Origin: Callorhinchus milii | Taxonomy: Eukaryota | Reading direction: 5' to 3' | DNA length: 64,000 nucleotides | Assembly: GCF_018977255.1 (NCBI RefSeq) | Contig: NW_024704742.1 | Span: forward strand, 98,520,001 to 98,584,000 | In this document: piece after piece, positions 23,101-36,493 of the stretch | Layout: each line of letters opens with the position of its first letter | Position numbering within the stretch: the first letter of the stretch is position 1 | Notes under the pieces: model-generated | The model's input: only the letters and a program-made list of their open reading frames with translations | Database searches by the model: none | Told to the model about the DNA's origin: nothing | Made by a program: the position numbers and the translations under genes

Positions 23101-26100
23101 GTCAACTGCAATGTATTTTTAATTGCTCTTGACATGGATCATCATGAATACTTCAGTAATCCAAAAAGACGTACTCTCTCAGAAGAAAAGAAAAAATCAC
23201 AGAGCATGTATGTGTTGTTACTGAATTATTTAAACTACTTTCCAGGAAAGCAGGCAGAGAGAAACGCAATGGATTCTGATGAAAATTAAATAGCTCGAAG
23301 AGCTCCCTGTGGTGAAAACGTGATTATAGCCAAACTGTTAGCATCCAAGCCTAGAGACAACTGAAGGTTCGGAGATTTACCAAATTAGCTTTTTCCACAC
23401 TATCGAGCCTTTGCCACACTCTATAATGATTTCTAGATTTGTTAGGTTGAGTTCTTGGTCATAAGCGGTTTGACAGCTTATCTGGAGCATACTTAATGCT
23501 ATAGTAACACAGAAATCATCGTACTATCTAGCTTTCAGCAGCTGTTACCAAGGGGAAAACCTAGGAAACTTGACTTTCATATGACTAGAAAGCAAGTGTA
23601 AGTTTAACAAACTGCCACCTGATGAAGCCATGTCATTAACCCAAAAATGTTTACCACAATTACCCTGCTCTCTTTTGACTACAAGATATGCAACGGTAAT
23701 TAGAGAGAATAATTTCTTCATAATTACTTCAGCAATTCACCAGGCTTTGCTTCAAAACATTAACAATGGTAGGAATGAGTTTACTGAATTAAATTGTATT
23801 TATAATAATCTTTCCAACATTTGGCATTCTTCTATAGCAAATTAAATCATGTGTAAGATGTAGTTAGTAATAATCAGTTGACAGTGAAGGTGTATGTTTC
23901 AGGATATAACAACAGCAACAAATTACATTTGTGTTGCACCCTTCACATCGGGAGGATGTTCCAAGGCACAGAAATGAAAATTGAATGTGGTTTCATAACT
24001 CCACCAACATCATTAATCCAACATTCTTTATCCATGGTAAACCAGGTTGGATTTTTACAAGTTATAACTGAAATAATCCTTTTGAATTCTGGAAATGCTT
24101 CCTGGACTCAACATGCAATTTTATCCTAAGAACTGGCGAATATTTGTTGCTGGGTTATACGTTGGAGTTCAATAGATGTGAGCAAAGCTTTTTTGTTGCA
24201 GAACAGAGGAAGCAAAAAGTAATTCACAGTAGATATAAGATCCCAGTCTGTTCATTAATAAAAAAGTAAGAGACAGGTCTATAAATCAACATGGGATGCA
24301 GGAGGTGGGATTTCACTGAAGGCAGTAATTAAATAATGGTTCACTTTTCCTTCTTTCAGAGGGAATTAAATCCTTTTCACCTCTTCACTACTGTGGCAGA
24401 AACATCCATTACCACAAGCGGCTACAGCACTTGTCAAATCCAATCAGTTCCAGCCAGCTTTTAGACCAACTGACATGCACTCATTCCTGACTCTTCCTGT
24501 TCCTCCCATACCCCGTCACCCTTTCATATTCGTGTAACAGTCAAAAGTAATTAAATCACTTGCCAACTACGAAAAAAACAGAAACATATGGTATGATGAG
24601 TCACTCCAGATTATGGTTGAGCACTTAGGTCATATATTAGAATGGGGCCTTGACCAAATTTATTTCATTCAATATGCTGGACTTTATGATCTAACACTGT
24701 TCTAATATTCTAATAATACATGGTATGAAGTTGACCAAATAATGACAGATCGCATAATGTATCATCTCTGCCCTCTAGTCAATTACTCAAATTTCAATCA
24801 GTCAAACCCCATGGTAAAGAAATCTTGTGATCCTGACAAAGGCAAATTTTCACCAGCTCTCAATTTATGTCTGGCCCGCAGTGTCAAGCACTTTGAGACG
24901 TCCTCTCACGTGAAAGGTGCTTTATAACTGTAAATTTCATTATATTGTATGTCTGCCTTAGGTCAACCACCAATCTAAAAAAAAAGGCTTTGCTGACCTG
25001 TTTGTGTACAGTTTTTGCTGCTTTATATCGGTAGAGAACTTTCAAAAAATATGAATATTTTATTCAGGGAGACAGACAAATGAAAACTTGCTCAGTAACT
25101 GAACAAAATGTTTGTCCCAATACTATTATATATAATAAAATGATTCTTAGTGTTGAACTAAAAATCTGATATGGAAATATTTGGACTTGTTACTGACATG
25201 ATCTATAGAGCTGGATAAATATTGTGGGATTTTCTTAAGGGGATTTATTATGAAGAAATCCAGAAGCTGCTCCAAATCAATACATTTCAGAGTAGGGCCC
25301 CCATGAGTTGATGAGAAATTGGTGACATACAATCTAAATATAAATAAATGTCTTCATCGAGTATCAGATTGAATCCTGCAAAATTGAGTACTTTAAGAGT
25401 TTTGTATCTTAGTTATAACACCACATTATTCACCACTCACACATAGATAGAAACAACTGAAGTCCTTTTTATAGGTAGATGTCAGAAAATCTTTTATTTT
25501 ATTGATTTCAGAAAATCTGAGATGTATATCCCCACTGCTATTCAGCAAGATGTAGTAAAGGACCGGGGTACATTACCATGACATATTGAGCGCTATTTAT
25601 TGAAAGAGCCACTGTTCTGCTATTGCTGCCAATTTGTCACGCTACCATCAGATGTACCAAAAAATGGTAGCCAGTTGAATAGTACATGAACAATAAGATT
25701 GCTAAATGTCTCAATGAGCTCCACATTCTCCGTATTGTGTAAATACCACAGGGTGCCAAAAATACAATGTTGAGTGTGGAAATCCAAGAAGGCAATGGAT
25801 GATCAATCACATTTACAGATATAAATTCTACTTGGATCTAAGTTATTTACTATTTATGTTGTATTTTAGAGCTTCCAGAATGAGGTGAATTGCTGAATTC
25901 GGTCTTACCTTTGAAGTCAATTTTCTGTTATTTTTTAAAAGATCTTACAGAAACACAACCACAAAATTAAGGCTGTAATTATAATTTTTTGGATGCATGA
26001 AATGCTACATAACTAATCTGAATCCAGACCCCTTTGGAATATTCTCCTCACTAGTTGTGATTACCTGGTAACATCTTAGCCTTGGTCATCACTAATGTCT

Positions 26101-26134
26101 AAATAACTGATCAGCCTTATGATCACTATCAGTA

Positions 26135-26420
26135 CAACACAATGTAGATTTAAACAACGCCTTTCATCTCGGGAGGACATCTCAAAGCCCATAATACTGC
26201 CTGCTGAACACCTGAGCTGGTGCGAAAGCCGAGACTCTGGGGAGGGGAAAGAGGAACAAAAGTAGAGGCAAAGATGGACTCCGGGATGGAGTTCCAGAGT
26301 GTGGGGGCAGAAAGGCTGAAAGGATTGTTAGCCTATCCACCAATGGTGGGTGAATAGGAAGTTTGGACAGGCTGAGTGAAGGGAGTGGCCAGGTAAGTAT
26401 GGTGAAAGGAAGTGGGTGAT
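26135..26420 (-). mobile_element. L2 3' fragment, degenerate
   Basis: gggatggagttccagagtgtgggggcagaaaggctgaaagg reads PFSLSAPTLWNSIP on the minus strand; tail stem-loop near 26160-26190. Confidence 0.75.
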
Positions 26421-27470
26421 AGGTGTGTTATGGGAGAGGAAATGAACTGTGGAAGTTCTGCATAATCTACAGGTTGTGTAGTAGTGAACAACAGACACTG
26501 ATCGAAACAAATAATTGAAATTTTATTGTCTCATTGTACAACTAAAGCTTGTCATTAGTATTTATTGACAAATATTTCAAACTTTATTCACTAAAAAATG
26601 TATTCATGGATAGGAACTACAAATAGTGGGAATGTGATCTTCCCAGTACGCTCCTCATCATGACATTGCTTTCCAACATACACCAAACCCATGTAACACT
26701 CTCCTTGTAGCTCCTCTCCTTGATATCCCATTGGGTTCTTCTCGGCAAAATCTCCAAATCCCCTCAACCACATCCCCCAACCCCTGGCATCACATGTCGT
26801 TTGGAAGTCCAAGTTAAAAATGAATTCAACAACTTGCCCAAATCTTGGCACTCTAAATTGCTATATAAATAGAGTAACTCTAGACCCAGGTGGAATTTCT
26901 CCCCAAATGTGTCTTTACACTCATGGAGTGAACAGTTCTTTTCTGTTTTACATGATGGAACTTACTTTGCTAAATTCAGGGAGAAAAGCTTGAGGGGTAG
27001 AGCCTCTGCCTTCTTAAGGAGGTGGCCATGCCCCCATCAGCCTCTGTTGCTTGGGCTGGAGGTGGAAACTCTGTCGTCCTATGGGACTAGGAAGCACGAG
27101 ACCTAGGCCCGAGATTAGTTAAACTTTGGATCGGGGTAAACTGAGAGTTTGGACGATTGTAAGAGGGACTACAACACTGACCAGGAGCCCGGGTGCCTGC
27201 ATCCCTCTACAGTGGTATTGTTGTACTGTGCTTGTTGTTATGGTGCATCCTCCCCAAAATATTAAACCCATAGTGAGAGTTACCATGTGCTTTCCTATCT
27301 CATGGGATCCACGTGACAGTATGTAGAGCATTTGTGTTGAATGGCAATGCAAATAGCAACCTCATTCAACCCACTGTTGACCAAGTGCCCATGAACAAAC
27401 CAGACACATAGAGGTTCAATAGTTTAGTGAGTTTCCCTTCAACAGGCAAGCGTTTGCTTGCTCTGTTCAG

Positions 27471-27809
27471 TTTTGGTAGAGTAGATAGGGAGAAACTGTT
27501 TCCACTGGCAGGTGGGTTGGTAACCAGGGGACTGGAGATTTAAGATAATTTGGCAAAAGAACTAGTGGGGAGAAGAGAAGAGATTTTATTGTTACGGTGT
27601 GCAATGCATTGCCTGAAAGGGTGGTGAAAACAGATTCAATAACAACTTTCAAAAGAGAATTGTATAGATACTTGAAAAGGAAAAAATTGCAAGGACATGG
27701 GGAAAGAGCGGGGGAGTGGGACTGATTGGGTAGCTCTTCCAAAGAGCCAGCACAGATACAATGGGCCGCGTGGCCTCCTTCAGTGCTGTAATATTCTTTG
27801 ATTCTATGA
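27471..27809 (+). mobile_element. CR1 3' fragment with ATTCTATG-type tail
   Basis: RVDREKLFPL..TRG..NALPERVV..FKREL; ends atgggccg.gtggcctccttc..attctttgattctatga. Confidence 0.9.
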
Positions 27810-28944
27810 ATGTTTTGAGTTCACTGAGGATAAGCTCACAGAGCTCAATAATGGCTTCCTTAGCATCTGAGTGAGAGGTGTATCTCTGCTTCTAACTTAT
27901 GTCATTCATTTGTAAGAAATGGCAACATCTCTAAATCACAATCCTGGACTGTGGTGGATCAATGGAACTGGGGAATAGTAATGATGCCCAAGGAATTTTC
28001 ATAGCTGGATGCATTGATTAACTCAGTCAAGCGGTGCCAACAATCAGTTGGGAAATGTTTCTTGCCTTCAAGGTGAGTAGAAAATAAAATAAGCAGCTCA
28101 ACTTAGAGCCATATTATATTATATAAAAGCATAAATTACTGACAATGTCTCAGATGTATTCATTTTTCAATGATAATCAGTGCTCTTATATGTATTTTGT
28201 GTTGCATAGAGCATCATTCCACTGTAACATATCTGGTGCTTTACAACTTTCAAAACTTTCATTCTATTTCATGTTGCTGGAGTGTTTTGCACATAATGAA
28301 TTTGAATTATGAGAAAATGTGGGCACAGCAGGGTGTTAGCAGACTTAGGACACAGAGGCTACAAATGAGATCATACCCAAATAGTTATCAATTATGCAGC
28401 ATACATAAGATACTGCTGCCTACTGAAACTGAAAGGAAATTTGTTTCATTACCTGGTACATTCTCACCTTCAAAAAATAGGTTATTGTGAGGGACAGCTT
28501 ATTATAGCTGGAACCCACTGTGATACACAGCCTGTAATACACCTTGTTTGATATGTTTGCCGAGCTTATTATGTGTTGTGTACTATGACCACCTGTGATT
28601 CTATTTGCAATATCTCTTTAGTTTGGAAAAAGCATAGTCTGTACCTGCTAATTAACAAGACCCCTCACTTATTTTTTTGTCGTAATTGAAATTGACAAGG
28701 CCAGTGATATAAAGAAGCATTGTCATCTGTTTGTCTCAAATGTGTGCTTTTAAAAATGTTTTTTTGTCCTACTTTTATTGTGTTACCCATTTGAAATATG
28801 GCATGCAGAAAATAATAATGAAATCGAAAAAGTAGAATTCAAGGATTCACAGATATGCGGAGAGGCTTCGTAGTGCTTAACGAAGATCAATTTCTAAGAG
28901 CAGTTCCATCGGATTGGCCTGAGATACAGCTGAGTAGGTGCTGG

Positions 28945-29316
28945 ATAATAATAATAAAATAATCCTTGCATTTGATATAGCACCTTATTAAGTTTTGAAG
29001 CCATCTCAAAGCGCTTCATGAATATACTATAAAGTGAATTGACTATGTTTTGTGGCTGAAACGCGAAAGCCAATTGCGCACAGCAGTGTTCCACAAACAG
29101 TTGTGGATTGGGTGACCAAATTATTATTATTTTATTTATTTAAAGGAATTATTACCCCCAGAAAAGTGATCTGCCAATGACTAACAACCTACTTACTGCA
29201 AGGTAAACAGGCTTGTGGAGAAAGGAAACTTGCCCAACATTTCGCCCCAGCGGGAATCAAATCCAGGTCCTCTCGCTTGCAAGGTAAGTCCTCTAACCAC
29301 TAAGATACAGGACTCT
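28945..29316 (-). mobile_element. Young tRNA-derived SINE, long form, full length
   Basis: Head, internal segment and tail colinear with 19756-20112. Confidence 0.9.
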
Positions 29317-32300
29317 ACAATAGATGTAATAATTCATGAATCCTTCAAATGAGACCCTAGTGTAATAAAATATTTCTGAATTTGTATCCTTCAGAAATGT
29401 TTGCACTCATCTTGGTGAAGAATATCTGTGTTTGTATTTTGGGCATTTGACAAGGTTTAAAATCCAGTTTTGGCAGCTTAGATTCATAAATAGTTACTTA
29501 ATATTAGTTACTCCTAGCGGTAAATAGAAATGCATCAGACTAACCTGCGGGAATCCTCTGATAGCTACTTCCAGGTTATTCAGAACAGTGTTCCTATGGG
29601 TGATGCCAACTGATTATTGATTGACGTGGCTATTTTTCAATCTATGTTGCGAATATTGCATTTGCAGCCCCAATGTCACCATCAATCATTCTCAGGTCAG
29701 ACCTAAAACAGGCTGAGGAAGACTAAGACTCCTGGAAATATACCTTAATCCCAGCCTCAAAATGAGTGAGATTGATAATCTAAGGCTATTTTGTGCCAAG
29801 ATGTGGCTAACTGTGAGGAATAAGGTATGAGCTGAAGGTCTTATCCAGACCAATCTTGTGATCTTTTATGGTCACTTGTCCCTCCAGAAATTGCACATAA
29901 ATTGCCCCATCTCATCCATGCTGCAGAGTTTATTTTTGTCTAAACAAAAAGAGTTGCTAAATAAAATGTTAGTTTACATTATTTTCAGTGTCAAATTCCT
30001 TTGTTTTTCATTTCCTGGTTTATAATGAAATATTGATGACTGTCATCTGTGAAGTGACACTGTTGTGTTTTGGAATTGGGTAATTCATAATAACGGTCAA
30101 TTATAGTCAAGTTTCCATTTATTTCATACTTGGTATCCTCCCCGTAAGTGAACTCAATAATACAGTGCGAACAATTTCTTTTTTTTAATTATACATTAGT
30201 TAGAAACTGTGAATGTTAATGAGTCTCTATAGCTATAATAACACAGAATCATATCTACTTTAAATATAGCAGGGTTGGAGGTAATAAGATATTACATCAA
30301 ACGCCTGAAATTTCGGTAGTCAAACAGTGAAAGACTTATATCAGTTTGTGCATTTTTAGCGCTAGTTCTGTTGTGCCTAAATATTCCAGGGAAGATATAA
30401 ATCTACCCTAGCAACTTGCAGCAAGTGGGGAGAGCTCTAAGCAACAAGCATTTCAAAACTATCTTGCATGAAGCATGCTATATAAATGATGTTGGCTCTA
30501 TTAGTTCTTGAGAGCACAAAATGTTTTTGGAGAGAACCAAAGACCAAATGAATTTCCCAACAGCCGAAGATACACTTCAACTCTCAAAACAGCAAATGAG
30601 GATTAATTCTGCACTCATGCCTGTGCAAAATGACATAGGCAATACATTTGTGTAATAGAGAGTTCTACGTGCTAAAGTCATGAGTGCAGTTTCACCATTG
30701 GTTTCATGTGCGTGCAGACTTAGGATTGATAAGTCAGTGAGGCGATGCTGCTGCAGTTTCTAAGATGAATTCAATATATAGGTTCAGTGAGTGCACGTAA
30801 CACTTCAGAACATGTCAGCTTGTCTTATTTTGATAGGTCTACCCCTATAATTGCCTTAATTGATATTTTAGTTATCAAGTGCTAATCTATCATGGCTAAG
30901 TTTAATTCAGTGCAGAAAATGTGGACCTGTAGCATTTACTAGAAGTGTTGGCATTAATATTTGTGGAAACTTAAACACAACATCAATACTTACAGTAACA
31001 ATGCTTCACACATGACCCCAATATATATTTTTTACCCACTTACATGGTTTTACTGCAAAGTAGGTGCATTGATAAATTGAATTACTATGTTGATTGTTAA
31101 ATCAAATAATCTAAACTAAACTAACATATTGGTTGTGTCTCAGCTGAACATTTGGTTGAGCCAAATTTATTTAGTTCAGCAAAAATCCACAGACATAGCT
31201 TTCACCATTTTAATGAAGACGCATAATATTCACAAGTTGTAAAAGCATATTTCCTGTGGCATAAATTACAAATGTCAAAGCATAGCATTTACATATTAAA
31301 TATTCTAATGCATGCTAATTAAGTCATATAGATAGCAATAAAGGAATTTTGAAGCCTGTTATAGCCATTATTATAGATTCCAGCAATTGCCCATTGACAA
31401 ATGCTATGGAGAAACTTAAAATACTGCCATCAATTTTATAGTTCTAGTTCAGGTTATTCTGGGAGGTGCCTGTTACGACTTAAAATCACAAGGAATTTCA
31501 GAGAGTGATTTTTTTTTAAAGCGTAACATAAATAGCAACCAACTATTCTATCCAACAAATATTGAATTATCAAAATCTGTCAGGAAAGATTGCTGAGATT
31601 TGACGTCAACTATTTTATTCAGAAAAAAATGTCTAGGTTTCTGATCAATACAAACCACTGGTTAGGTTTCAGTCATTGTACGTCTTGGGCTATCCCATCA
31701 GTGAATCATTTGAGTCTATGGTTGAAGATGTATCAATACTTGTAATTCATAATGATGAGCTAGCCAGCCAGGCTGTATAAACAACAACAGCACCTAGGAT
31801 TATTGCAACATTATCTCTCTTTGCAAGTCTGATTTCCTCAGATCGAATTCAACCCCAGGAAGAATCCACTTACAGACCTAAAGTGAGTTACGTTGGGTTA
31901 CCCACTAATTTGATAGATGATCTCCTCTCATCTCTTCCCAATGAGCTACTTGTTAAAGAAATCTGCATGAAGCAAAATATACATGATACAGCATTAATGT
32001 GGATGACACTGATCCCAAAATGTCATTGTACGCAAATGACTCAACCTCATTTTCATATGAATAACCTACATCACAACCTGCGTCAAATGGTTTGGAGTTC
32101 TTTCAGGATATAAAATATAGAAGTTATATTAATATATTCAAATGTTCCCAGCTATTAAAAATGAATTTCCCTTCCAATTTTCTAATTGAACTTTGCTTCC
32201 TACCAAAGGTATTGTAGCCTTCTGTAACTCATCCTTAGATGTCTCTACTGAAATCCAGAACAATGGCTGCCAACAATTGCAAACAAAATGCTTATTATTT

Positions 32301-32369
32301 AATCAGAAGAACTGAAATCTCCCAACCCATAAAACACCACTAAATTATTTTTTCATGGATATACACTTT

Positions 32370-32615
32370 TTCTTATTTGGTGGATTGTTGATCAGGACAC
32401 CATGAGAAATTCCATTCCCTTTTCAAACAGTGATCTTTAAAACCCACCTGATTAGGTGGCCAATACTTCAGTTTAACATCTCACCTGAAGGACAACAACT
32501 CCAACAATGACTCACTCCCCCACGACTGCACTGGTGTGTCAGCCAAGTTAATGATTTCACAGACCCACAACCTTCTGACTCAGAGGTGAGCGTGCTACCA
32601 ACTGAAACAGGCTGA
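32370..32615 (-). mobile_element. Old Deu-domain SINE, 5' portion
   Basis: cccacaaccttctgactcagaggtgagcgtgctaccaactga is the reverse complement of the head; gtttaacatctcac. Confidence 0.8.
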
Positions 32616-33253
32616 AACCTGAAAGTATATACTTATATGAAGCACTGTACATGTGTGCTTTTCAGGATTTTAGGGAGAGTGCCTCTATAGCCATATAGAA
32701 GATAAATACAGCCTTGCCTGCGTTAATGTTACTCCCAATTTCCATCAGCAAACAAAATAGCTTCAGGGTTTGTTTAAGCACAACTTTTCACTTCATTTTA
32801 CAGCAATCGCTTGCATCCTAAAAGGATACCCCCTAAGAAATGCAAACCTTTGTGGTCATTGTTTCTCATAAAAAGGAACCTACATTACTTTCAGTGGCCC
32901 AGCCATGGCATTGGAAGTATATCCATCTGAATCAGAAAAAAATGGGTCAGTATGTAAGTCACATTGTATGCGTTTTGTCTGGGGTAAGGCAACTTAATGG
33001 CATAGCTTTATTTGCATTAAATCAACCAAAAGCATTTTCATAATTATTCTAGGATTATAAAGGTTTAACATTATGACTGCTGACTTACTCATAACAGAGG
33101 AGTCATTTATCCACCACGCCAGGTTAGAAGCAAGGTATTTTGATGCATACTTGGATAGACCAACAAGCACATGAAGAACAGGAAGCTGAAGACAAAGACC
33201 ACAGCAGTAAGTCAATGTAAGTTCACAATGTCTCAGGAAAACAGCTTTCATGC

Positions 33254-34200
33254 CAACAACAACAACAACAAATTACATATGTATAGCACCCTTCACATTG
33301 GAAAGGTGTCCCAGGGTGCGGACCATCAAGAATTTTGGACCGGAGTTGGGTCAGAAGGGGAGGAGGGCAGGGCAGTTGGGAGGGTAGCCGAAGGCACGAT
33401 TGAAGAGCAAGTTCTTGAGACGGGACTTGAAGGAGGCAAGAGAAGGGGTGAGGCGGAGGGGTTGTGGGGTAGAGTTTCAGAGTGTGGGGTCAGAGATGCT
33501 GAATGCCTGACCGCCAATGGTGGGGCAGGAAGTGTGGGGGACGCTGAACGGATGGACGGACAGGCTGAAATGGGGTTATGAGGTCGGAGAGGTAGGGTGG
33601 AGCAAGACCATGGAGCGCCTTAAAGGTAAGAACAAGGTTTTTTTTTTACTAGATTCTCTGAGGGATGGGGAGCCAGTGAAGCCAGGCAAGAACAGAGGTG
33701 ATAGGTTCCCAGAGCCTGGTGCAAGAGAGGACATGAGCTACAGAGTTCTGAATAATCAGCAGCTTGTGGAGTGAAGAGTTGGGAAGTCCAGTGAGCAGGC
33801 AGTTGGTGTCGTCAAGCCAGAACATAATGAAAATGTGGTTCAGGGTCTCGGTGGCCTGCAGTGAGAAGCAGGTGCAGAGGTGAGCAATGTTGTGGAGGTG
33901 TGGAAAGGCGCGAATAAGGGGTTTGAAAAATAGCTGAGGGTCGAAAAGGATACTGAGGTTTCGGATTGGCTCAGTGAGGTGAAAAGTGCAGAATGGTGAT
34001 AGTGTCAGCGGCTGAGGTGAGGAGGCGCTGCCAGGAGCCAAGCAAGAGAGCCTCTGACTTGCCAACATTGAGCTGAAGGAATTTGGCTCTCAGCCAGAAC
34101 TTCATGTCAGACAGACAATTAGTCAGGACATCAACGGTTCTGGAGTCAATGGTGAAGGCGGCGAGATCAGGCGGTGTCATCCACATACATGTGGGAATTG
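33254..34200 (-). mobile_element. 5'-truncated L2 LINE with (TTG)n tail, degenerate RT
   Basis: (caa)n at left; minus-strand HMYVDDT, FLQLNVGKSE, IRNLSILFDPQL, LHWLPIPQRI. Confidence 0.92.
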
Positions 34201-34765
34201 AGCACAGTCAGTAGGTCAATATAAGTTCACAATGTCTTGTGGATAAAGCTTTCATGTCAAACAGGAAATTATTCATATAGTTATTTGAAGGACTGTTCTT
34301 TGTTGCATGAATTGTATTTGTTGTTAGTTCATCAGGGTGAACTATAGAATGAAAACTAATGATTATTAATTTTAATAATGAATCAGCAATGCCACTCAAC
34401 CTTCAGTGCTGAATTAACGGTTCCAGCTTTAAATTTATTATAGGTTGAGTATAATACATTCACATTCAATGCATCACTCAAATGGGAAGGGATGTGTATC
34501 CAAGCTGTGGGCAGGAAGATCGTGGCAATGCTCTCATGCAATTCATGCTGAGCTGTGTTGCTTAAGAGGAAGCTTGCATAGTTTGCGCCCTCACTGATTG
34601 AGTACCTGCCATCTACCTAGTGAGGGCTCAAACCCATACTTGTCAAATGACCATCCCATGACTATCCTTTGGGTGAGGAGTGGGAAGAGGTAAGCAGAGT
34701 CTTTTAGCGCATTGTCATTCTCAGTATATTCTGTTGATTTCCCTTTCCTGTTGGACAATTTAGAC

Positions 34766-35182
34766 ATAAGCTTGGAATCTTCTCTTGAAAAGAGAAATGT
34801 GAGGGATGACCTAATAGAGGTGTTTAAAATTAAGAAAGATTTTGATAGAGAAGATGTTTCCACTTGTGGGAGAGACCAAAACCAGGGACCATAAATATAA
34901 AATAATCACCAATAAATCAAACGGGGAAGTCAGAAGAAACTTATTTACCCAGAGAGTGGCAGGAATGTAGAACTTGCTACCACAAGGAGTAGTTGAGGCG
35001 AATAGCATAGATGCATTTAAGGGGAAGCTGGATAAGTACATGAGGGAGAAAGGAATAGAAGGTTACACTGATAGACGTAGTTGAGGAAGGGCAGGAGGAG
35101 GCTCGTGTGAAGCATAAATGCTGGCATAGACCAGTTGGGTAGAATGGTCAGTTTCTGTGTTGTATATTCTATGGAATTCTAT
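34766..35182 (+). mobile_element. CR1 3' fragment
   Basis: SLEKR..RDDLIEVFKI..FTQRV..FKGKLDKYM; ends attctatggaattctat. Confidence 0.9.
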
Positions 35183-35410
35183 ATGTAATTTTGACCTTCG
35201 GTGATTGGATTGTTTCTTTTTAACAGAGAAAGAGTAATCTGCTTTTTATCTTGTACCATGAGGGTGACTTGGAGATTGACTAGAAAATCCATATTAGGAA
35301 CATGAGGTGATTGGTTTAATGTTCTGGCTGTCTACTTGAAAACTGAAAATAAAATTGAATCATCCTAAGCATAGGCTTAGGTATTCATTTCAAATAAGAA
35401 CATGTCTCAC

Positions 35411-35575
35411 CTGCTGCCTCTTGTCTGCATATTGTGTATTGCTGCTTTAATGTCTCAGCCCTTCTTTGATATGCATCACTGCAAGTAAGATTTGCAAACA
35501 CAGCAAGGCAGCAAACAGTCAACGCTTCGCAGAAATAACTGTTTTCGCTGCAGCTCTGGGGCACTAGGCATTGCA
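35411..35575 (-). other. Candidate internal exon (165 bp) of an unidentified minus-strand transcript
   Basis: Acceptor cctctcctttcag|, donor cag|gtgaga, length divisible by 3, one open frame; peptide not recognised. Confidence 0.25.
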
Positions 35576-35894
35576 CTGAAAGGAGAGGTAAGCGACATTT
35601 ATCTTGGGATGTTTTAGGTTTAATTCGAATTTTGGAAACTACAACAACAACTTGGATTTATATAGTGCCCTCCACGCCGGATGGCGTCTCAGCAATAATA
35701 ATCCTTGCATTTGGATTATCAACTGTCAACTGACAGGGAGAGGCTAAGTATCAGATTTTATGAAAATTGCACCGCCTGATAGAGGTGTTTAATGTAGGTA
35801 ATAGGTAAAAAGATAATAAAAAGTTTGTCAAAGAAGAGCTAGATGCATTAGGGCACCATGTGATTGGTATTATAGTAATATAGTAATATGAGGA

Positions 35895-36017
35895 ATTATT
35901 GCCCACGTTTCTCCCACAAAATATACAGTCAATTCACTTTACACTATATTCTATGAAGCACTTTGAGGCATCTTGAAACCATGTTAAGCCGCTATATCAA
36001 ATGCAAGGATTATTATT
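35895..36017 (+). mobile_element. Young SINE 3' fragment
   Basis: cccacaaaatatacagtcaattcacttt..gctatatcaaatgcaaggattattatt. Confidence 0.85.
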
Positions 36018-36375
36018 GGTGAAAAATTACAGATTATCATGTACAAAATAGAGTATATACAACAGTAAAGATTCAATGATCAATTAGAGACATGTTTTGG
36101 GATCAAAGTTCCAACAATTCTGACGAACAATCACCTAAATACAATTGGACATTCACTTCATGACTGTTTGTCGGACATTGCTGTGTGCCAAGTGGCTGTT
36201 GAGTTTGCCCACAAAAAACACAGTATGCCCTGTGAAGTACTTTGGGATTTCCTTCTGACATGAAAGGTGTTACACTAAATCTAAGGATTTTGTCATTATT
36301 ATTTTTATTATTATTATTATAAGTTAACAGTTTGTATTCAGCCCCAAAGCCAGAATAGATCAAAATAAACTTGTA

Positions 36376-36487
36376 ATCTGTGACCGGAGCTCCCTCTGAC
36401 TCCTTATCCTCATGGATCTCTCTGCAGCGTTTGACACAGTCAACCATATCATCCTCCTCCATCACCTCTCCTCCCTTCATCTACCTT
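36376..36487 (+). mobile_element. Short internal L2 RT fragment
   Basis: CDRSSL*LLILMDLSAAFDTVNHIILL. Confidence 0.8.
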
Positions 36488-36493
36488 AGTGGT

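Noticed and set aside
26880..27318. Solo LTR (GC-richer block, ATTAAA, ends ..gtgaca)
   Set aside because: No matching 5' TG terminus with a TSD and no second copy in the window
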